Below are positions 20,306 to 31,165 of a DNA stretch of 64,000 bases, in pieces; the first letter of the stretch is position 1, and each line of letters starts with the position of its first letter. This DNA comes from an uncultured delta proteobacterium (GTDB lineage: Bacteria > Desulfobacterota > Binatia > UBA9968). The position numbers and the translations under genes were made by a program. Where the stretch lies: contig CAVTUQ010000002.1 of assembly GCA_963737905.1 (NCBI GenBank), forward strand, positions 224,001-288,000. The letters run 5' to 3'. The notes under the pieces are model-generated. The model was not told where the DNA came from. It saw nothing but the letters and a program-made list of their open reading frames with translations, and made no database searches.

Positions 20306-21538
20306 CTATCCGACCGCCCGCACCTCCTGCCGCCCAAACTCGGCATCAGCCGCCTTTTTGAAATCCTCCTCCTTGAAGGAGTAGAGTCCAGCGCCTCCAA
20401 GAAAAATCTTCGCGGCTATCTCTCTCGGCACGTTCTGAAGCAGGTTGCTTGAGACGTTGGGGAAGTTGGAGTCGAAGTGGGGATAGTCCGTCGAAATACA
20501 CATGTGATCGGCGCCAATGAGGCTGGCCGTGGACGCGATCTCGGGTTCGCTGCCCTCGACTGCAGCCCAGCAGTTGCGTTGAAAGTACTCCTTGGGTGTC
20601 AAGGACAAGTAGGGCGCATGGGAATCCCGGTAGTTCGCATAGTCCCACTCGATGCGGCTGAGCAACCCAGGCACCCACGAGTTCTGCGCCTCCAGGTAGC
20701 CCACCCGGAGCTTGGGGTGGAACTCGAAAACCCCGGAGATGATCTGCGCGATCAAGGCCTGCTGCATCTCGATCCAATGGCTGGCAACGTGCCGGTAAAA
20801 CCGGTTCTCCCCATAGAGCTCGTTCATGTGGGAGTACCAGGCGCCCGTCCCCTCATGGAAGCACCAGGCGACGTCGAGCTCCTCATGAAGGCTGTACAGG
20901 GGATCCCAGTAGTTCGAATGCCAGTAGTGGCCGTTTAGCAGGTTAGGGCGAATAAACGAAGCCACCGCGCCCAGTTCACGAACACAGCGCACCAGTTCCT
21001 GGCAGGCCAGGTTGACATCATGTAGTGGAAGCATGGCAGCGAATTTTAATTGGTTGGGACTGTGCTGGCAGAACTCGTGGATCCAATTGTTGTAGGCCTG
21101 GCTCAGGGCCAGGGAGAGTTGTGGGTCCATTCCGTTCCGAGAAAGGAGGCTGAGACCACCGGTAGGGAACAGGACCGCGATATCGATTCCTTCCATTTGC
21201 ATCCCCATGATTTGGGCTTCGGCGTCATAATCTCGCTCGATGGCGAAGCGCAACCGCCCTGTCGCAGCCGAGCGGGAGGCCGATAGCTGACCCGTGGCAC
21301 TCCCGATAATAGGGCCACTGGCACGCGATGATGCGGGCTTTTTGCGGTGTTGCTGCAGCTCCACGTCCATGGAGGCGGGCAAGCCATCGATGTTCCACGA
21401 CCGGCGGCTTAGTTTCCCGTCCGCGCCTACTGCCGACGTGACCCGGGACTTGAAGGCCGGGTCCAGGTACTTCTCAAAAATATCTCCCGGCTCCTGGACG
21501 TGCATGTCACTGTCTACGAACCTCAGTCCTTCTTTCAT
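20306..21538 (-). CDS. Amidohydrolase_2-family protein
   Basis: DSDMHVQEP, AYNNWIHEFC, CFHEG, VGYLEAQNSWVP, STDYPHFD. Confidence 0.9.
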   Translation of the reverse strand: MKEGLRFVDSDMHVQEPGDIFEKYLDPAFKSRVTSAVGADGKLSRRSWNIDGLPASMDVELQQHRKKPASSRASGPIIGSATGQLSASRSAATGRLRFAIERDYDAEAQIMGMQMEGIDIAVLFPTGGLSLLSRNGMDPQLSLALSQAYNNWIHEFCQHSPNQLKFAAMLPLHDVNLACQELVRCVRELGAVASFIRPNLLNGHYWHSNYWDPLYSLHEELDVAWCFHEGTGAWYSHMNELYGENRFYRHVASHWIEMQQALIAQIISGVFEFHPKLRVGYLEAQNSWVPGLLSRIEWDYANYRDSHAPYLSLTPKEYFQRNCWAAVEGSEPEIASTASLIGADHMCISTDYPHFDSNFPNVSSNLLQNVPREIAAKIFLGGAGLYSFKEEDFKKAADAEFGRQEVRAVG

Positions 21539-21934
21539 GGCATCCTCCGTTTCCGCTGTTAATGGGTTACAAACTCACGAAAGCTTCAACGTCGCGCGCG
21601 CATGTCGTGTCACATATGATTTTGATTGAATAGTGCGGCAGCAGAAAACTAGCACCATCCCTCGAAAAATTTCCGCTTACACTCTTCCGAAATAACCGGA
21701 GTGATTCAATCAAATAAGGTGGTCTTATGTCAACCGTTACAAATAGCACGGTGTAAAGCCACGTGCGAAGTCTAACAGGGTTTCGGAGACAGGAGGTTAC
21801 AGATAATGGCATCAGGGATAAAAGGCAAACTTGAGTGGATGGTAAATTCTTGAGGGGATAGCTAAGCATTGCGTTTTGGACCCGGCGACTAAAGGGTCTC
21901 GTTAAAGCGTTGGATCTAAACGATGGCCAAGAAC

Positions 21935-22200
21935 CCAATCAAAATCCCAATCAGCGCCTTTAACAAGACGCATCTTGCAACCCTCAATCGCGCCGTAAAT
22001 CCAAGCTTCCCTTAATCGTGACTCAACGCGTGAAGGCCTGCTGCGGTCTTGCTGAGTGTAAACGCTTACCAAAAGGGCGAGCAAGAACGTAAGATCCTCA
22101 AACTGCTAGCTCTGGGTGAGAGAGAGATCGCCGTTGGCGAAGGATATGATCTTGACGACGTATTGGCTGAAGCTGACGTGTTCTCTCGAAAGCGTGAGAG
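21935..22200 (+). pseudogene. Degraded Phd/YefM-family antitoxin
   Basis: Frameshifted RKSKLPLIVTQR then AVLLSVNAYQKGEQERKILKLLALGEREIAVGEGYDLDDVLAEAD, typical Phd core and C-terminus. Confidence 0.65.
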
Positions 22201-22275
22201 TACGAGGTGCTCAATGAATCAAGTGAGAAGGGGCGAGTGTCGAGTGTCGCGTGGATCGAGACAAAAGAAAAATAC

Positions 22276-22674
22276 ATGAAGAGAAAAATAACGGTCCTTA
22301 CCCTTTGCGCTATGCTCTTTGCGCTTTGCTATTCTGCGTCGGCGCAGCAGCCGAAGAAAGTCCCGCTGATAGGGTATCTATCGAACGGCGTTCCAGCTAC
22401 TGAGTCCACCCGTGCCGAGACAATTCGGCTGGCTCTGCGCCAGCTTGGTTACATAGAAGGACAGAACATCGCCATCGAGTACCGATATGCGGAGGGGAAG
22501 CGTGATCGGTACCCTGAGCTTGCGGACAGAATCCTGAAGGGAGCCAAGCCTGCCGATCTGCCGGTGGAGCAGCCGACAAAGTTCGAGCTGGTGATTAATC
22601 TCAAGACGGCGAAGCAGATCGGCCTGACGATTCCACAGTCTATGCTGTACAGAGCGGACAAAGTGATCAAGTGA
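22276..22674 (+). CDS. COG2984-type substrate-binding protein with a large in-frame internal deletion (132 aa)
   Basis: [13 protein letters not shown] fused directly to [19 protein letters not shown] at ~22524. Confidence 0.8.
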   Translation: MKRKITVLTLCAMLFALCYSASAQQPKKVPLIGYLSNGVPATESTRAETIRLALRQLGYIEGQNIAIEYRYAEGKRDRYPELADRILKGAKPADLPVEQPTKFELVINLKTAKQIGLTIPQSMLYRADKVIK

Positions 22675-22797
22675 GAAGAGGGGTGAGTGACGAGTGGAAA
22701 GAGTAGAGAAAAACATGAAGTAAATCGACTGTAAATCTGGTGCATATCAGCACTAGACTTGCCAAATTATATGCAATTCGGCAATATACTTGCCGAA

Positions 22798-23939
22798 ATG
22801 TATAAACGAATCTTCAATATCCGGGAAACTGTCAAGCAGAAGTCTCTGTTCCTCTTTGGCCCGCGCCAGACCGGTAAGAGTACTCTGGTGCGTCAGAGCT
22901 TTCCCGATGCCGCCTATTACGATCTTCTCGAAGCCGACACATTTCGCGAGCTGAGCGCCCGTCCAGAGTATCTGCGGCAAACCCTCAGCCCCCAGCAATC
23001 ATTAGTCATCGTCGACGAGATCCAAAACTCCCTGCCCTTCTGGATGAGATTCAACTATTGATCGAACGGAACAAGAAGTTGCGAGTCATTCTAACCGGAA
23101 GCAGCGCTAGAAAACTCAAGCGAGGAGCCGCCAATCTTCTCGGCGGACGTGCCTGGGTCTGCCGCCTGCATCCGCTTGTGTCGGCGGAGCTGGATGGCCA
23201 AAGATTACTCCATCGTCTCAATCGCGGGAGTCTCCCGTCGATCATTGATTCCGAGCACTACAAGGAAGACCTTAAAGCCTACGTGGGCACGTATCTACAG
23301 GGAGAGATCCGCGCTGAGGGATTGACCCGCTCCATTGAGAATTTTTCCCGTTTTCTTGAGGTCGCCGGACTTACGAGTGGTGAGCAGATTAATTTTAGTT
23401 CAGTAGCTGCCGACGCTGGATTCCCGCCAAGAACGGTGCGAGAACACTACCAGATTCTCGAGGACACGCTGGTTGGACACCAGCTCCCGGCCTATCAAAA
23501 GACTGCCAAGCGTAAGCCGGTGGCCACCGCCAAGTTCTACCTTTTTGATGTCGGTGTCGCCAACACGCTCAAGCGAATACCCGGGATTGAAGAGGGTTCC
23601 AACGCCTACGGTCACGCCTTGGAACATCTCATTTTTTTGGAACTTCGAAGCTATCTGGATTACCACAGGCTGGATCATGAGCTCACCTATTGGCGCAGCC
23701 GCTCTCAGTTCGAAGTGGACTTCCTGGTGGGAGACCAGATCGGAATTGAAGTGAAATCAAAGGCGCGGGTATTGCCTCGCGATTACAAAGGACTTAGCGC
23801 TCTAAGCGAGGAAGTTCGACTGAAGCGAAAGATCGTAATCTGTGCGGAGAAGATGCGGCGCCGGGCCGACGATGGCACAGAGATCATGCCGGCAACGCTT
23901 TTTCTCAAAGAACTGTGGGCGGGCGATTTAATTCATTGA
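22798..23939 (+). CDS. AAA+ ATPase with DUF4143 (COG1373-like), one frameshift at ~23025
   Basis: GPRQTGKST, VIVDEIQ, LTGSSARKL, KFYLFDVGV, YWR..EVDF..IEVK nuclease-like C-terminus; one A missing in an A-run would restore DEIQKLP. Confidence 0.88.
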
Positions 23940-24161
23940 TTCATAGCAACCCCAACGCTCGTGTGCAAGACTCAACTGTTAAGCCAAGCAAAGATTTCTC
24001 CCTTCGAATTCAAGGATTTTATCCTGCTTGACAGGTGAACCACTCGCTGGTCTATAGTCCGACGTGAAAGAGAATCATCGCTCTTGATCCAACGAAAATG
24101 AACAGACCAATCTTTATCTCCCAGGGGGCGAGTGTCGAGTTGTAAGAGAGAGCAGGGAAAA

Positions 24162-25152
24162 ATGAAGAGAATAATCAGCGTCCTTACCCTTTGCGCTTTG
24201 CTCTTTGCGCTTAGCTATTCCGCCTCGGCGCAGCAGCCGAAGAAAGTCCCTCGGATAGGCTATCTATCGAGGAGCGATCCAGCTCGTGAGTCCACCCGTT
24301 CCGAGCTAATTCGGCTGGCTCTACGCGAGCGTGGCTACATAGAAGGACAGAACATTGCCATCGAGTACCGATATGCGGAGGGGAAGCGCGATCGGTTCCC
24401 TGAGCTTGCGGCCGAGCTGGTGCGTCTCAAGGTCGATATCATCGTGGTAGCAGGAGGGAACAGGCCAACCCGGGCGGCCAAGAATGCGACCAAGACGATT
24501 CCCATCGTTATGACGGGCCTGGGGTCGATCCGGTCGAGGCAGGCCTGGTTGAAAGCCTTGCCCGTCCCGGCGGCAACGTCACCGGCATTACACTCCTTGC
24601 CGGAGAACTAGGTGGGAAGAGGCTGGAGCTGCTCAAAGAAGCGGTTCCCAAACTTGCCCGTGTCGCGGTTCTCTACGATCCGGCCACTTCGTCCACTGTA
24701 CACGAGGTGAAAGAGGTACTTCCAGCCGCGGCGCGCGCACTGGGGTTGACTATTCAGCCTTGGAGGTACGAGGTGCGGACGGTTTCGAGAAGGTATTCGC
24801 TGCGCTAAACAAGGAGCGCCCGGATGGACTCTACGTGTCCTGGGGCCCGCTAATGCTTGCTAACCGAAAACGGATCGCGGGCCTTGCGTTAAAGAGCCGG
24901 TTACCTTCGATGTACGTCAGGAGAGAATTTGTAGATGCCGGCGGGCTCATGTCCTACGGCGCGGACTTCGCGGACAGCTACCGGCGCGTCGCATATTTCG
25001 TGGACAAAATCCTTAAAGGCGCAAAACCAGCCGATCTCCCGGTGGAGCAGCCGACGAAGTTCGAATTGGTGATCAACTTGAAGGCAGCGAAGCAGATCGG
25101 CCTGACGATTCCGCCCAATGTGCTGGCGAGGGCGGACAAGGTAATTCAATGA
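24162..25152 (+). pseudogene. COG2984-type substrate-binding protein, frameshifted
   Basis: ORFs 24162-24611 and 24760-25152 plus a middle piece together give the full-length paralog. Confidence 0.85.
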
Positions 25153-25247
25153 TGGCAGAAAACCAAGCAGCGATGCCAGGATTGAACTGAATTCTCCATC
25201 TATCAAAACTAAGTCCCGTTTGTTGTCGTCCGTATTCAGTCCTAGAA

Positions 25248-25368
25248 CCGGAGCTAGTGGCACAGATCGAGTTCACCGAATGGACGCCGGACGGTCACCT
25301 GAGACATTCGAAGTTTGTCGGGTTGCGAGAAGACAAGAAGGGCGCGGAAAGTTGTCCGGGAGGATTAG
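25248..25368 (+). pseudogene. C-terminal OB-domain fragment of ATP-dependent DNA ligase (LigD-like)
   Basis: Translates PELVAQIEFTEWTPDGHLRHSKFVGLREDK. Confidence 0.75.
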
Positions 25369-25385
25369 ACGGCTCGTCTATCCAG

Positions 25386-26127
25386 TTACGGATTCTTCTC
25401 GTTCTTCCCTACGACCACCGTGTAGAGAGATAGCTTGGAAAGCTTGTAGATGTCTTCCACGTTAAACTCTGTCGCTTCCAGAAAAGGCTCCAATTTCAGT
25501 TTAGTGCGCCAGCCGAGGTGGCGTGTAACGGGATCGAGCGCCTCCGTTAGCGGGCCAAAAATGGGTAAGTCCGTTGTAAAGTGGTTGACGATCACGATTT
25601 TGCCTCCTGGACGGCAAACGCGCTTGGCCTCAGCCAGCATGCGAATAGGATCCGGAACTACCGTGACCGTATGAAAGGCTGTGACATAATCGAAGCTGTT
25701 ATCGGCAAAGGTTAAATTGAGCGCATCCATTTCGATGACTTGTAAATGAGACCAGTTGTTTGTCGCGATTTTCGCACGTGCCTGGGCGAGCATATCCGCC
25801 GCCAAATCAATGCCAATAACCTTGGAATGGCGCGGGTAGGCCGGAAATGAAGTGCCGGTACCTACGCCGAGTTCAAGCACTTGCGCTCCGGGTGGAATGT
25901 TTAGCGACTCGATCACCTGTCTTATCTGATCATAAAAGATCTTGCCGAAGGTCTTGTCGTAAAGCAGAGCGTACTCTGAGTAAAGCCTGCTCTCGTGGGC
26001 CTGTGGACGATTTCTTTTCCGTCTCGGCGCAAGGCTCCGGATGTTCTTGATGCCACTTCTTAGTTCCCTCAGCTCTTTTGGAAGAGTTCTTTTTACTTTT
26101 TCACGAAAATTCTTGCGAAGCTCCATA
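25386..26127 (-). CDS. Class I SAM methyltransferase (PmtA-like phospholipid N-methyltransferase)
   Basis: YALLYDKTFG, VLELGVGTG, GIDLAADML, KRVCRPGGKIVIVNHF; start uncertain (up to 26195). Confidence 0.8.
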
Positions 26128-26227
26128 GCGTCCATTTTTCTGTCTGTAGGCATTCCAAACGTAACTTGCGCAAAGCGAGAGTTTGTATTCCTCACTCGTT
26201 GTCCATCTTCCGTCTAGGCCGTGAAAA

Positions 26228-26371
26228 TCAGCGAACCGATGGTTCTAACTTCTCCACCTTCTCAAGCTCAAGGGCCAAATCGTAAAGCTCTTTTATGATT
26301 TTCTTGTCGTGTGTCTCGACTAACCTACGGCTCAGTTCATCCATCCGTTCTTCTATCTCTTGAAGGGTCAT
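26228..26371 (-). CDS. Small hypothetical helical protein (47 aa)
   Basis: MTLQEIEERMDELSRRLVETHDKKIIKELYDLALELEKV, amphipathic pattern. Confidence 0.45.
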   Translation of the reverse strand: MTLQEIEERMDELSRRLVETHDKKIIKELYDLALELEKVEKLEPSVR

Positions 26372-26556
26372 AATCATAAAAAAGGAATAATCCTTTGAAC
26401 AGAGGTTGTCTTGACATTGGGCGACATTCTCTTGACACCTCAACGGTGTCCTGGGTTGAAGGGGCAAGAGATTGAACTGAATTCTCCAACGAACAAATCC
26501 TGTGAGATTTGCCTGCGGCAGGCTGATTCTGGCCTTCCCACTCAACTAATCCCTAT

Positions 26557-26616
26557 CGCCTTTCGCCGTGTAAATCACACTTTCCTTTATCTCTATCCGC
26601 GTGATACATAACGCTC
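26557..26616 (+). promoter_or_regulatory. Conserved ~60-bp upstream element of COG2984 genes (also 27890-27948, 29873-29930, 31250-31308)
   Basis: CGCCTTTCGCCGTGTAAATCACA-pyrimidine tract-CGTGA(T/G)ACATAACGCTC recurs four times, always ahead of a paralog. Confidence 0.65.
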
Positions 26617-26629
26617 GAAACGAGGTGCT

Positions 26630-27586
26630 CAAAAGAACTGCGGCGCCATCAATTGGTTGTAGTGGTGTTGCTTGCTTTGGAGTGATAGCGAGGCGAGCAG
26701 CGAGAAAATCCAGGATAGGTTTCCTGGGTGTGACCTCCCTTCACATACAGCTCGTCTTGATGCATTCGACAGGGTCTTCGCGATCTCGGCTATGTGGAAG
26801 GCAGAATATCATCATTGAATATCGCTATGCGGATGGAAAATTGGATCGCGTTCCGCCCTCGCGGCCGAACTGGTGCGCCTCAACGTTGACGTCATCGTCA
26901 CGGGCGGTTCAGCGGCACCGCCCCGCTAAGGAAGCGACGGCGACTATTCATTGTAATGGCACAGGATAGATCAGTTGGCAACGGATTGTCGCGAGCCTGG
27001 CGCGGCCGGGCGGGAATATTACGGGACTGTCCATTGTGGCGCCGGAACTGAGCGGCAAACAACTGGAGCTTCTGAAGGAGACTGTTCCCGAGCTTTGGCG
27101 CGTGGTCGTCCAAGCAATCCCAACGAGCCGAGTTATATGCAATTGCGAAAAGAGACGGAACTCGCGGCGAAAGCGCTCAAAATACAAATTCAATTTTTAG
27201 ACGCACGCAGTGCTAAGGATGTTGAACCGCATTCGTGAGGCAACCAAGAGGCGCGCTGACGCAGTTCTCGTACCGACCATGCCGATCGTTGCCTCCCAGC
27301 GGGCACAGATCGCCGATCTCGCGGTCAAAAACCGCCTTCCGGCGATGTACGGGCAGCCGGAGTATGTGGACGTTGGTGGTCTGATGTTTTACGGTGCCAG
27401 TATTACCGATTTGTTTCGTCGCGCCGCCACTTACGCGGACAAGATTCTCAAAGGCGCTAAGCCTGCCGATCTTCCCGTGGAGCAGCCGATCAAGTTCGAG
27501 TTCATCATAATCTGAAAGCCGCGAAGCAAATTGGCCTGACCATTCCGCCGAACGTGCTGGCGAGAGCGGATAGGGTTATTAAATAA
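26630..27586 (+). pseudogene. COG2984-type substrate-binding protein, heavily frameshifted
   Basis: [54 protein letters not shown] in different frames; many single-base deletions. Confidence 0.85.
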
Positions 27587-27646
27587 TTTCGGATTGCGAA
27601 TTTCGAATTTCGGATTGAGAGGAATAACAATGCGGCAAGTTCGGAT

Positions 27647-27806
27647 CGACGGCTTGAACGCTTTCCAAACTCGGGAAGGCATTTGCCGGAGTTTCCAGAG
27701 TTACCGCATCGAGAGGTCATCGTTTGGCCTTACCGTTTTTTCTATCGGCAGCAGGGGGAAAACAATGGGTCGTTGCTGTCTGGCACGGTGCGCAAATCCC
27801 CAAAGT
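27647..27806 (+). pseudogene. C-terminal fragment of RelE/ParE-family toxin, copy 1
   Basis: RLERFPNSGRHLPEFPELPHREVIVWPYRFFYR. Confidence 0.75.
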
Positions 27807-28018
27807 TCCCTCGGGCAGCTAACACGCCGCTCAAACCTGCTGCGGGTCATTTTTGGGAGAACTCCGGCCTTCCTACGTCACGACTACCGTCGCCTTTCGC
27901 CGTGTAAATCACATTTTTCTTTATCTTATCCACGTGAGACATAACGCTCTAAAGAGGGCGCTGAATCAAGTGAGAAGGGGCGAGTGTTAAGTGACGAGTG
28001 GCGAGAGCAGAGAAAAAT

Positions 28019-29011
28019 ATGAACAGAAAAATCACCGCCTTTACTCTTTGCGCTATGCTCTTTGCGCTTTGCGGCTCAGTTGACGCGCAACAGACGGGAA
28101 AAGTCTTTCGCATCGGCATCCTGGATCCGACCACTGCTTCCGGTAGTGCCGTCGTTTGGGAAACGTTGCGACAGGAACTCAGCAAGCTTGGATGGATCGA
28201 GGGAAAGAATATCGCCATCGAGTACCGGTTTTCAGAAGGAAAAACTGAGAACCTACCTGAGCTTGCGGCGGACCTGGTTCGTCAAAAGGTTGATCTAATT
28301 GTGACCTCAGGGGTACCGCCGGCATTGGAAGCCAAGAAAGCGACCTCGACCATCCCCATCGTGATGGCAGCCGCTCTTGACCCTGTGGCTTTAGGTCTGG
28401 TTGCCAGTTTGGGGCGGCCGGGAGGCAATGTCACCGGGCTCGCGACTTTAGGGCCCGAGCTAAATACCAAAAGGCTGGAGATACTCAAGGACATAATCCC
28501 CAAGCTCGCCCGAGTTGGACTGCTGCGGCGGCCGCCGGGAGTTAACGTTGGGCAAGACCTCCAACTGAAAGAGCTCAGGCTTGCGGCTCTGGCGCTGAAG
28601 CTAAAATTGGAGGAGATCGACACTCAACTCGACGCCAAAGGTTTGGAGAGCGCCTTTCAAACCGCGAAGCAGAAACAGGTCGGTGCGATTATGACGACCG
28701 CCCTTCGCGTCTTTTTCGCCGAAAGGAAGCGAATCGTCGAGCTTGCCACAAAACACCGGTTGCCGGCGATTTACGGCCGGAAGGAGTTCGTGGATGAGGG
28801 TGGCCTTATGTCCTATGGGGAGGACTCCATTGACCAATATCGGCGGGCGGCCGGTTACGTCGACAAGATTTTGAAGGGTGCCAAGCCCGCCGATCTGCCG
28901 GTACAGCAGGCAACGAAGTTTGAGTTCGTGATCAACTTGAAGGCAGCGAAACAGATCGGTCTGACAATTCCACCTGACGTGTTAGCGCGGGCGAATAAAG
29001 TGATCAAGTGA
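28019..29011 (+). CDS. COG2984-type ABC substrate-binding protein (intact)
   Basis: Signal peptide, [57 protein letters not shown]. Confidence 0.92.
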   Translation: MNRKITAFTLCAMLFALCGSVDAQQTGKVFRIGILDPTTASGSAVVWETLRQELSKLGWIEGKNIAIEYRFSEGKTENLPELAADLVRQKVDLIVTSGVPPALEAKKATSTIPIVMAAALDPVALGLVASLGRPGGNVTGLATLGPELNTKRLEILKDIIPKLARVGLLRRPPGVNVGQDLQLKELRLAALALKLKLEEIDTQLDAKGLESAFQTAKQKQVGAIMTTALRVFFAERKRIVELATKHRLPAIYGRKEFVDEGGLMSYGEDSIDQYRRAAGYVDKILKGAKPADLPVQQATKFEFVINLKAAKQIGLTIPPDVLARANKVIK

Positions 29012-29944
29012 TGGAAAAAACCAAGCAGCGGTGGCGGAGTGAATTGAATTCTCCTCACAAATACTGCGGGTCACAGTGATTTGAATGCAATGATGAAAGA
29101 CGTGAGTACTATTTGGTGCGACGTTTTTGTTTGACGCTCTTGAAGGGCCTGCAGGCGCTTGATGGCTCTGCTCGACATTCACAACATGCCAGGATAGAAA
29201 ACGACACCTCTCGACAGGCCGGACAAGTTAGGTGGCCACAGAGTAAACATCTTACTTTAAAAGAGGCCACTCTGGTCGCTTGCTCATTTTTGAATCCGGC
29301 TATTCTTAGTTTCATTGCCGCTATCGTGAGTTTGAGCGGTCATCAGGGGATGTAGACGAATGTTACGCCGCCGATTAGAGGGCCGCGCTCTTTGTTTTCC
29401 TTGAGCAAGATTCTTAGTATTGGATGCGGACTTTACTCTCTCAATCTCTTCTGACATCCTGCTTTAACTCAACGATTTCTTTCTTCTGGGTTCATAGGGG
29501 ACTCCAAATCGCAGATCCCTCAAACTCTGCCCCAATTTGCTCAAGGAACAGTCGATGACTACGGAGACCGCCAATTTTTTCTTGAAAGATTCCATCAAAG
29601 CCCACTCCTCTAGTCACAAATAGTAGATCACCTTTGGCGCAAAGATGATGCCGGGTAAAGTCGTCACGTCTTGTACTGAAGTAGCCTTAGATGGAAACTC
29701 TTCTACCGGGTCTTGCCAGTCGTGAGGGAGACGTTTGACAACTTGACAAAAGCCGGGACTCGGAAGACTGAAATGAATTCCCCGACCTAACCAGTTCACT
29801 TCTTGTTCAACTGACGCGCCGTACAATTCAATCTCAGGCTGATTCTGGCCTTCCCACTCGATGAACTCCTGTCGCCTTCCGCCTTGTAAATCACACTTTT
29901 CTTTATTTCCGTCCGCGTGATACATAACCTCGAAGAGGTGTGCA

Positions 29945-30942
29945 ATGAAGAAGAGCTGGTCTGTCATCAATCCTGGTTGCAGTGGTACTGCTTGCTGTTG
30001 TGGTCATAGCCGAGGCGCAGCAGCCAACGAAATTCCCCGGCTAGGACGCCTAAGCTCCTGGCTCCCCGTCCGCTTAACACGGCCCGCATCGAGGCATTCC
30101 GCCAAGGTCTGCGCGAGCTTGGGTACGTCGAGGGGAAAAACATTGTCATCGAAAGGCGATCTGTAGAGGGAAGACTCGATCGCCTCCCCGCGCTCGCGGC
30201 CGACCTAGTGCGTCTCAAGGTCGACATCATCGTCACGGCTGGTCAGCCAGCAACGCGCGCCGCCAAAGAAGCAACTTCGACGATTCCCATTGTCATGACG
30301 CAATGATGACGATCCTGTTGCCAACGGGTTCATCGCCAGCCTTGCGCGACCCGGCGGGAACATTACTGGATTGTCCACGCTTTGCCCCGGAGCTAAGCGG
30401 AAAACAACTGGAGCTTTTGAAGGAGATCGTTCCTACGCTATCCAGCGTGGCCGTCCTGGGGACTTCGACCGTCCCCAAGCAACGTGCTAATGCGTAAAAG
30501 AGATAGAACTCGCCACACGAGGCGTTTGAAAGTGAAGTTTCGATTCCTAGACGTACAAAATCCCGAGGAAATCGAGAGCACATTCCGAGCCATAAAAAAG
30601 GAGCGTGCTGAAGCAGTCCTTTTGCTGAGTGGACCGGACCTTTGGCTTCTCAGCGAACACAGATTGTAGACCTCGCGGTGAAGAACCAACTTCCGGCGGT
30701 GTACCCCTCTTTAGATTTTGTCCAAGACGGGGGGCTTATGAGCTACGGCACGAACTATGCACGACTTAGACCGGCGCGTCGCTACCTATGTGGATAAAAT
30801 CCTGAAAGGCAGAAAGCCCGCTGACCTGCCAGTAGAACAGCCAACGAAGTTCGAGCTCGTCGTCAATCTGAAAGCCGCAAAGCAGATCGGCTTGACGATT
30901 CCGCCGAATGTGCTGGCGAGGGCGGATAGGGTTATTAAATAA
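29945..30942 (+). pseudogene. COG2984-type substrate-binding protein, frameshifted
   Basis: GAGGTG RBS plus ATG; LSGKQLELLKEIVP and [28 protein letters not shown] in different frames. Confidence 0.85.
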
Positions 30943-31002
30943 TTTCGGATTGCGAATTTCGAATTTCGGATTGAGAGGAATAACAATGCGGCAAGTTCGG
31001 AT

Positions 31003-31165
31003 CGACGGCTTGAACGCTTTCCAAACTCGGGAAGGCATTTGCCGGAGTTTCCAGAGTTACCGCATCGAGAGGTCATCGTTTGGCCTTACCGTTTTTTCTA
31101 TCGGCAGCAGGGGGAAAACATATGGGTCGTTGCTGTCTGGCACGGTGCGCAAAATCCCCAAAGTT
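31003..31165 (+). pseudogene. C-terminal fragment of RelE/ParE-family toxin, copy 2
   Basis: RLERFPNSGRHLPEFPELPHREVIVWPYRFFYRQQGENIWVVAVWHGAQ. Confidence 0.78.

Noticed and set aside
21567-21938. 123-aa minus-strand ORF
   Set aside because: AT-richer intergenic region, atypical composition, no RBS or motif.
26557-26580. TTCGCCGTGTAAA shared between the COG2984 leader and the fluoride riboswitch
   Set aside because: Only 13 nt; lacks GGCGATGG and TGATGAC pseudoknot elements, probably coincidence.
29060-29830. Lower-GC spacer with short ORFs on both strands
   Set aside because: No recognisable motif or continuous frame; possibly decayed cargo but cannot be assigned.
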